This document shows positions 27,052 to 32,000 of a stretch of 32,000 nucleotides of DNA, piece after piece. A model generated the notes under the pieces. It was given only the letters and a program-made list of their open reading frames with translations, was not told where the DNA came from and did not search any database. The stretch comes from Candidatus Saccharimonadota bacterium (GTDB lineage Bacteria > Patescibacteriota > Gracilibacteria > BD1-5 > UBA2023), in contig OY970170.1 in assembly GCA_963706795.1 (NCBI GenBank), positions 150,001 through 182,000 of the forward strand, read 5' to 3'. The translations under genes were made by a program, and so were the position numbers. Every line of letters starts with the position of its first letter. The stretch's first letter is position 1.

Positions 27052-27738
27052 TTATTTTACATCGATGCGTACGCTTGGCCCCATAGTGTTGCAAACGTAT
27101 ACAGTATTGATGTAGCTTCCACCCTTTACACCTGAAGGCTTAATTTCGCGCATTGTCTTGATGAAGTGTGCGAGATTTTCCTTGAGCTTTGCTCCTCCGA
27201 ATGAGAGCTTACCAGCGATTGAGTGGAGATTTCCCTGCTTGTCGTTCTTGATTTCGAACTTACCAGCCACGAGCTCTTTGGTAATCTTGATGAGATCTTC
27301 ACCAACAGTACCCGCCTTTGGATTTGGCATAAGACCCTTTGGTCCGAGAACCTTAGCAACCTTACCCATCTTCTTCATCATTCCTGGAGTAGCGATGGCA
27401 ACATCGAATTCTACCTTACCAGTTGAAACAACTTCGACGAGATCATCTCCTCCGACTACCGTAACTCCGAGAGCAAGGAGCTCCTTTTCATTACCTGCGT
27501 CAGTGAAGGCTCCGATACGAACTGCTCGACCACTTCCGTGTGGAAGATTGATAGTTGTACGGATCATCTGGTCAGACTGCTTTGGATCAATTGCGAGATT
27601 GAAATGAATCTCAACAGTTGGATCGAATTTTACAGTATTTGTACGCTCGAGGAGCTCTACAGCTTCGTCGAGAGTATAGATACGATTTGCTTCGATGAGT
27701 GCAACCGCCTGGTTGTACTTTTTTCCGTGTTGTGCCAT
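27052..27738 (-). CDS. rplA: 50S ribosomal protein L1
   Basis: The 228-aa product matches the L1 pattern (KFDPTVEIHFNLAIDPKQSDQMIRTTINLPHGSG ... FDVAIATPGMMKKMGKVAKVLGPKGLMPNPKAGTV). No UGA; TAA stop. Confidence 0.93.
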   Translation of the reverse strand: MAQHGKKYNQAVALIEANRIYTLDEAVELLERTNTVKFDPTVEIHFNLAIDPKQSDQMIRTTINLPHGSGRAVRIGAFTDAGNEKELLALGVTVVGGDDLVEVVSTGKVEFDVAIATPGMMKKMGKVAKVLGPKGLMPNPKAGTVGEDLIKITKELVAGKFEIKNDKQGNLHSIAGKLSFGGAKLKENLAHFIKTMREIKPSGVKGGSYINTVYVCNTMGPSVRIDVK

Positions 27739-27855
27739 GGATATATAAAAAAGAAAATAATGTGGTCCGAGCGTACGTTCACTCTGTTACAGGGCTACTA
27801 GAACTCCCAAATTATTGGACGCGAGAATTATATTGGAAACCAGCAAAAAGCAAGC

Positions 27856-28725
27856 CTACTTAAGATACTTATCAAAATAGGTCGGCTTAGACTCTGGATA
27901 GACGCGAATACGGTTCGTATCGAGGTGATCAGTACTCTCTGCCCAAGACTTCCCAAACGAAGTCGAGAATCCGAGTGAATAACCACATTCCTTCTCGATT
28001 TTTGTGGAGAATCCGGACATTCGCCCTGCTGGAAAAATGAAGGTAGAAACAGGTTTTTGAGTGATACTTTCGAGTGTTTTTTTGGAATCACACATTTCTT
28101 CGTGCTCGATTTTTTCGCTGACGATATCGAGATCGACATGCGAAATGCTGTGCGATGCTATCGTAAAGAGCGGATCTTGTGAGAGGACGCGGACTTCGTT
28201 TTCGGTCACAAATCAGGCGGTTGCAAGTTTGGATGTGATCACTCCAAACGTAAATGGAATCTGATATTTGCGCGCAATCGGAGCAAGCGCGGTATAGCTA
28301 TCAATCCAGCCATCATCCGAGATAAATACAAAGATTTCTTTATTTGGGAAGCAGTGATTAGTCGTGTCTTTAATGAGTTCATCGGTGCTTATCACCGCAA
28401 CTTTACCAGCATCTACAAGTGCACGAACATGCTCCATATGCGATTCAAAGACCTTGGGTGCGACGGACAATTGTACGATCACCTTTGCGTCCTGAGGAAT
28501 CGGATCGCGGATATAGTGGTACATAAATACCGAGACATTCGCGCCTGAAAAACATGCGGAAATCATTGGTGGATTATGTAAATCAGATGTCGAATTTTGA
28601 GTACTCTTTTGAAAATCTGGAATCTGCAGCTTCGAAAAATCAAAATGTGGAAATATATACAAAGCGAAGGCTCAAAAAAACACTCCCAATAGGAATATCG
28701 AGAGTGTTTTGATCCAGTTGTGCAT
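27856..28725 (-). CDS. Polysaccharide deacetylase (NodB homology domain) with an N-terminal TM anchor; 2 in-frame UGA
   Basis: Track ORFs 28213..28662 and 27856..28209 share one frame, joined by TGA 28213-28215. The frame extends upstream through TGA 28672-28674 to ATG 28725 (MHNWIKTLSIFLLGVFF[UGA]AFALYIF). NodB-like motifs are VFISDDGWIDSY, ASHSISHVDL and FIFPAGR. TAG stop. The ATG lies 3 nt after the pheS TAA. Confidence 0.75.
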
Positions 28726-28728
28726 ATT

Positions 28729-29751
28729 TTAGAACTGACTGAGGAAGGCGAGATTGGGATTTTGGAAATAGCGCATATCGGTAATACCGTAGCGGATCAT
28801 TACGAGACGATTGAGTCCAAAACCAAAGGCAAAGCCCGTGTATTCATTTGGATCGAGACCACCTTCACGGATGACATTTGGATGGATGAGACCAGCGCCC
28901 ATAAATTCGATCCAACCAGTGTGTTTACAGATTTTACACCCCTTCCCTTCACAAAAAGTACATGAGAAGTCGACCTCAACTCCTGGCTCGACGAATGGGA
29001 AATATCCTGGACGAATGCGGATTGCAACTTCGTGATCAAAGATGTCCGAGAGCATCGTTCGGATCGTATATTTCATGTGCGCAAGCGAAATCTGCTTGTC
29101 AACGACGATTCCTTCTACTTGGTAGAATGTATTTTCGTGAGTAGCGTCGATATCTTCGTTACGGAACACACGTCCTGGGATAATCGTCCGAATTGGAAGT
29201 GAGTGTGACTTGAGGATATGGTTCTGCATGCTCGAGGTCTGGGTCGCGAGCACATTTGCCTCACCTTCGATCCAAAATGTATCCTGCATATCGCGCGCTG
29301 GATGGTTCTTTGGGACATTTACTGCGTCGAAATTCTCGTATTCAGTGGTTACTTCGTTGGATTCCTGGATATCAAATCCCATGCGTTTGAACGAATCCTC
29401 GACTTCGCGAAGAACCTGGCTGATTGGGTGCAAATGACCAATCGGAGGTTCAGGATTTGGAAAGGTAACATCGATGTATTCCTGCGCGAGCTTTGCAGCA
29501 ATGAGGGCTTCGGAGAGAGCTGCAGATCGGACATCAAAAGCAGTAACGATCGCCTCTTTAATCTCATTGGAAGATTTTCAGATGGTTTGTTTTTCTTCGA
29601 GAGAGAGATCCTTGATGCCTTTGAGAACTTCAGTAAGTTCACCATTCTTCCCGAGAATGGAGTTTTTGTATGCGACAAGAGTGTCATCATCCTGTACTGA
29701 GGGGAGATGAGTGAGAACTTTGTCTTTGAGCGATATGAGTGTTGCGAGCAT
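28729..29751 (-). CDS. pheS: Phenylalanine--tRNA ligase alpha subunit; 1 in-frame UGA
   Basis: The frame of track ORF 28729..29433 continues upstream through TGA 29578-29580 to ATG 29751. The sequence reads LSLEEKQTI[UGA]KSSNEIK, GHLHPISQV, NHPARDMQDTF, then the class II core (FRNEDIDATHENTFYQVEG, GAGLIHPNV, GFAFGFGLNRL). The restored length is 340 aa. Confidence 0.92.
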
Positions 29752-29922
29752 GATGATTACTTAATTCTGTTTTTTAGATTTTTCTAAACCTAACCCAAAG
29801 GTCCCAAAACTGCAAAGAGCGAAGATATTTGCGCGAAACGCGAGCACCGCAGTAAGGTGTAGCGGCAGCTACTCCGCACGAGGCGCACAGCGATGAGCAC
29901 AAAGATCAAAGCTATATGCAGT

Positions 29923-31038
29923 TTATATCTTCAAAGGCATTATGATGTGCTTATAGGACTGCTTAGAATCCTCGGCCGGTACTGCCTGTACCATGATTGG
30001 GGAGAGACTCGTCTCGAAGTCGAGACTTACGTAGTCGTCACGGATGACAGAGAGTACTTCGAGGAGATATGTTGCATTGAGACCGACGGTCGTGTCTTCT
30101 CATTCGATCGATGCAGGAATCGTGATACGTCCTGCTCCGATCTCGGTATCACCAGTAAAGAGCTCAATACCGGACTCAGCACGGAATGCCATGCGGGTAT
30201 TGTAGTTATTTTCGCGAGTGATGAGATTCATCCGCTTGAGACCTTGGATAAGATCAGTGCGGAGGATGACACCCTTGGTCGAATATCCCTTTGGGAAAAA
30301 GTTACGATAGTCTGGGAAGTGTCCGTTGAGGAGACGAGAATAGACTTTGATATTGCCAAATACTACGAGGAGCTGATTTTCGCTCGCATAGAGTTCGGCA
30401 TCACCGGATTCTGGTAGGATGCGTGCAAGCTCCATCGCAGTCTTGGATGGGATGATGATCGAGAGTGGTGGATGATTGATCTCAGCCTTGAGAACGTATT
30501 CAGAGAGACGGAAGCTGTCAGTTGAGGCAAATACTATTCCGTCCTCTCGGATTTGGAGACAGATACCGGCGAGGGTTGGCCGGATGTTTCCTTCAGCTGT
30601 GGAGAAAATCGTGCGTTCGATCGAGCGCTTAAGAGAAGCAGCTGGGATACGAAGTGGCTCATTTACCTGAAATCCTGGGATAACTGGAAATTTTGAAGCT
30701 TCGATTCCTTTTACTTTAGTGAGTGATGTAGGCGTAGTGAACTCAAGAGATCCGCCATCGACGAGAGCAACGCTGATGCGATCATCTGATACCAGCGAGA
30801 GAAATGATGAGATAAATCTCGAAGATACCGTAAAGCTTCATTCTGATGCGATTTCGATTTTGTCATCGAGCACATATTCGATTGCCATTTCGAGATTGTT
30901 CGCCGTCAAAATCGCTTTTTTGTAAGCGACAGTGAGAAGAATATTCTCAAGAATTGGTGTCATGCCGCCAGAAGAACTAGCGTGGCTCACGATATCAATT
31001 CCCGATTTGAGAATCGAGGTATCTGTTGTAAATCGCAT
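29923..31038 (-). CDS. dnaN: DNA polymerase III beta sliding clamp; 2 in-frame UGA
   Basis: Track ORFs 30838..31038 and 30100..30435 share one frame that is open throughout if TGA 30838-30840 and 30100-30102 are read as sense. The sequence includes PILENILLTV, RPTLAGICLQ, ASTDSFRLSEY, LNATYLLEVL and the C-terminus YKHIIMPLKI. The restored length is 371 aa; TAA stop at 29923-29925. Confidence 0.9.
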
Positions 31039-31166
31039 ATGCTCAGGAAAACGCGAGAAGTATGGGCAAAATCTACAAAAAACGAGCCGAAAAGCAAGGA
31101 GGAATTATTTTTTTGTATTTCTGAGAAATGTGCCTATAGTTCAGGAAAACATTCCCCATTACCGCT

Positions 31167-31640
31167 ATGAATCGAATCTTTGAAAAAAGTTCTGGCGGCA
31201 TCGTCTATCGAAAACGAAATGGCAATATCGATGTCCTCCTTCTGGAGCGCAAAAACGGCAAAGGCGACCGAGAATATGTCCTCCCAAAAGGACGCATGGA
31301 AGAAGCTGAAACCGCCAAAGACACCGCCCTTCGTGAAATCGGTGAAGAGACCTGACTCGAGCTCGAATACCTCGAAATCGTCAAATTCATGACCAAAATC
31401 AATTACAGTTTCATTGCGACACATAAGGACGGCAATCCTGTAGTTGATAAGGACGTCTATCTCTTCCTCGTTCGATATACAGGCTCCAAAGAACCCACTC
31501 CGTTCGGTATGAACGACCCGACGATTACGACTGGTGAACGCTTCAGCTGAGCCAAATGGCTCTCGCTCGATGCGCTGGCAAAAGTCCACGTAAAACCCGA
31601 CATCCTCTCTTTCGTCCGAAAAAATATCCAATACATGTAA
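31167..31640 (+). CDS. Nudix hydrolase; 2 in-frame UGA
   Basis: SSGGIVYRKRNGNIDVLLLER ... LPKGRMEEAETAKDTALREIGEET[UGA]L contains the Nudix box G-x5-E-x7-R-E-x2-E-E-x-G, with the final invariant Gly encoded by TGA 31353-31355. A second TGA is at 31548-31550. The product is 157 aa; TAA stop at 31638-31640. Confidence 0.85.
31353..31355 (+). other. Diagnostic UGA=Gly codon in the Nudix box
   Basis: R-E-I-G-E-E-T-TGA-L corresponds to R-E-x-x-E-E-x-G-U. Confidence 0.85.
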
Positions 31641-31645
31641 ATTTT

Positions 31646-32000
31646 ATGGAAATCATCGAACAAAATTCACACATCGAAATTGCATCTGAAAAGAAAATCA
31701 TCGTCCTTGAAGGTCAGACTATTAACGTAGATGGACTCAAGATCGACTTTCCTGGTGAATATGAGAAATCAGGATTTCTCATTCATGCGATCGAAATCGG
31801 CGAATCTCTCGTCTATGAACTCCGCATCGAAGGTAAGGTTATCGCCTATCTTTCAGAAACTGTAAAAGAAACCAGCGAAGAACTCAGCGGATTTTTTCAA
31901 AATCTCGATATCCTCGTACTTGCAGGATCCAAGGAATCTACCAAGATATCAGAATTCCTCGATGCCCGCATCGTCGTAGCTTACGGAGAAGGAAAAGAAA
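31646..32000 (+). CDS. Hypothetical protein, partial (runs off the window)
   Basis: The frame is open from ATG 31646 to the window end (MEIIEQNSHIEIASEKKIIVLEGQTINVDGLKIDFPGEYEKSGF...). It is not in the ORF track, presumably because no stop codon is reached. It has a weak resemblance to small beta-lactamase-fold hydrolase C-termini; I am not confident in that. Confidence 0.45.
   Translation, partial: MEIIEQNSHIEIASEKKIIVLEGQTINVDGLKIDFPGEYEKSGFLIHAIEIGESLVYELRIEGKVIAYLSETVKETSEELSGFFQNLDILVLAGSKESTKISEFLDARIVVAYGEGKE

Noticed and set aside
29752-29922. A T-box leader upstream of pheS.
   Set aside because: There is only a loose resemblance (GCGGTGCTCGCG versus the T-box GGGTGGTACCGCG core). 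There is no clear specifier loop and no terminator/antiterminator pair.
31039-31166. Possible replication origin next to dnaN.
   Set aside because: No dnaA gene is adjacent. I found no TTATCCACA-like DnaA boxes and no AT-rich unwinding repeats in the 128-bp spacer. The neighbour is a divergent Nudix gene.
9331-31640. Apparent mass pseudogenisation: the helicase, PBP1A, LCP, rsmH, recR, deacetylase, pheS, dnaN and Nudix genes are all broken into 2-11 pieces in the code-11 ORF track.
   Set aside because: Every break is a TGA. The frame never shifts, no TAA or TAG interrupts any gene, and the TGAs fall on conserved glycines. These are intact genes in code 25, not pseudogenes.
1-32000. A scan for tRNA genes (including the expected tRNA-Gly-UCA), rRNA, CRISPR arrays, transposase or integrase genes and long terminal inverted repeats.
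   Set aside because: Nothing convincing was found. The GGTTCGA-like strings at 8066 and 10226 lie inside CDS without cloverleaf context. The only direct repeats are the coding repeats already described.

Overview
This is a gene-dense bacterial chromosomal window that is coherent only under genetic code 25 (UGA = Gly), the code known from Gracilibacteria and Absconditabacteria (CPR/Patescibacteria). Under code 11, many housekeeping genes look fragmented: rsmH, recR, pheS, dnaN, a class A PBP, an LCP ligase, a Nudix hydrolase and an SF2 helicase. In each case the fragments lie in one frame and are separated only by TGA. Several of these TGAs sit on invariant glycines: RsmH DATLG-x-GGHS, RecR HVLGG and EGEAT, helicase motif VI Q-x-x-G-R-G-x-R, and the Nudix box EETG.

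I count 36 in-frame TGAs in 16 of 29 CDS. Every CDS whose 3' end lies in the window ends in TAA or TAG.

Re-annotated content:
- Two ribosomal protein genes (rplS, rplA), dps, a DEAD-box helicase with an RGG tail, rsmH plus an ftsL-like gene, recR, pheS, dnaN and a Nudix hydrolase.
- A cell-envelope set: an LCP-PBP1A operon, a NodB-type deacetylase, a lipoprotein and several membrane proteins.
- A cell-surface module: a 1705-aa Ig/FN3-repeat secreted protein followed by a three-SLH-domain protein. The SLH protein carries a 14-residue poly-Gly linker bracketed by two UGA codons.
- An 863-aa SF2 helicase with four tandem ~85-aa C-terminal repeats of unrecognised type and 10 UGA codons.

I found no rRNA, tRNA, CRISPR array or mobile element. 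All family calls rest on motif recognition by eye. No database search was run.
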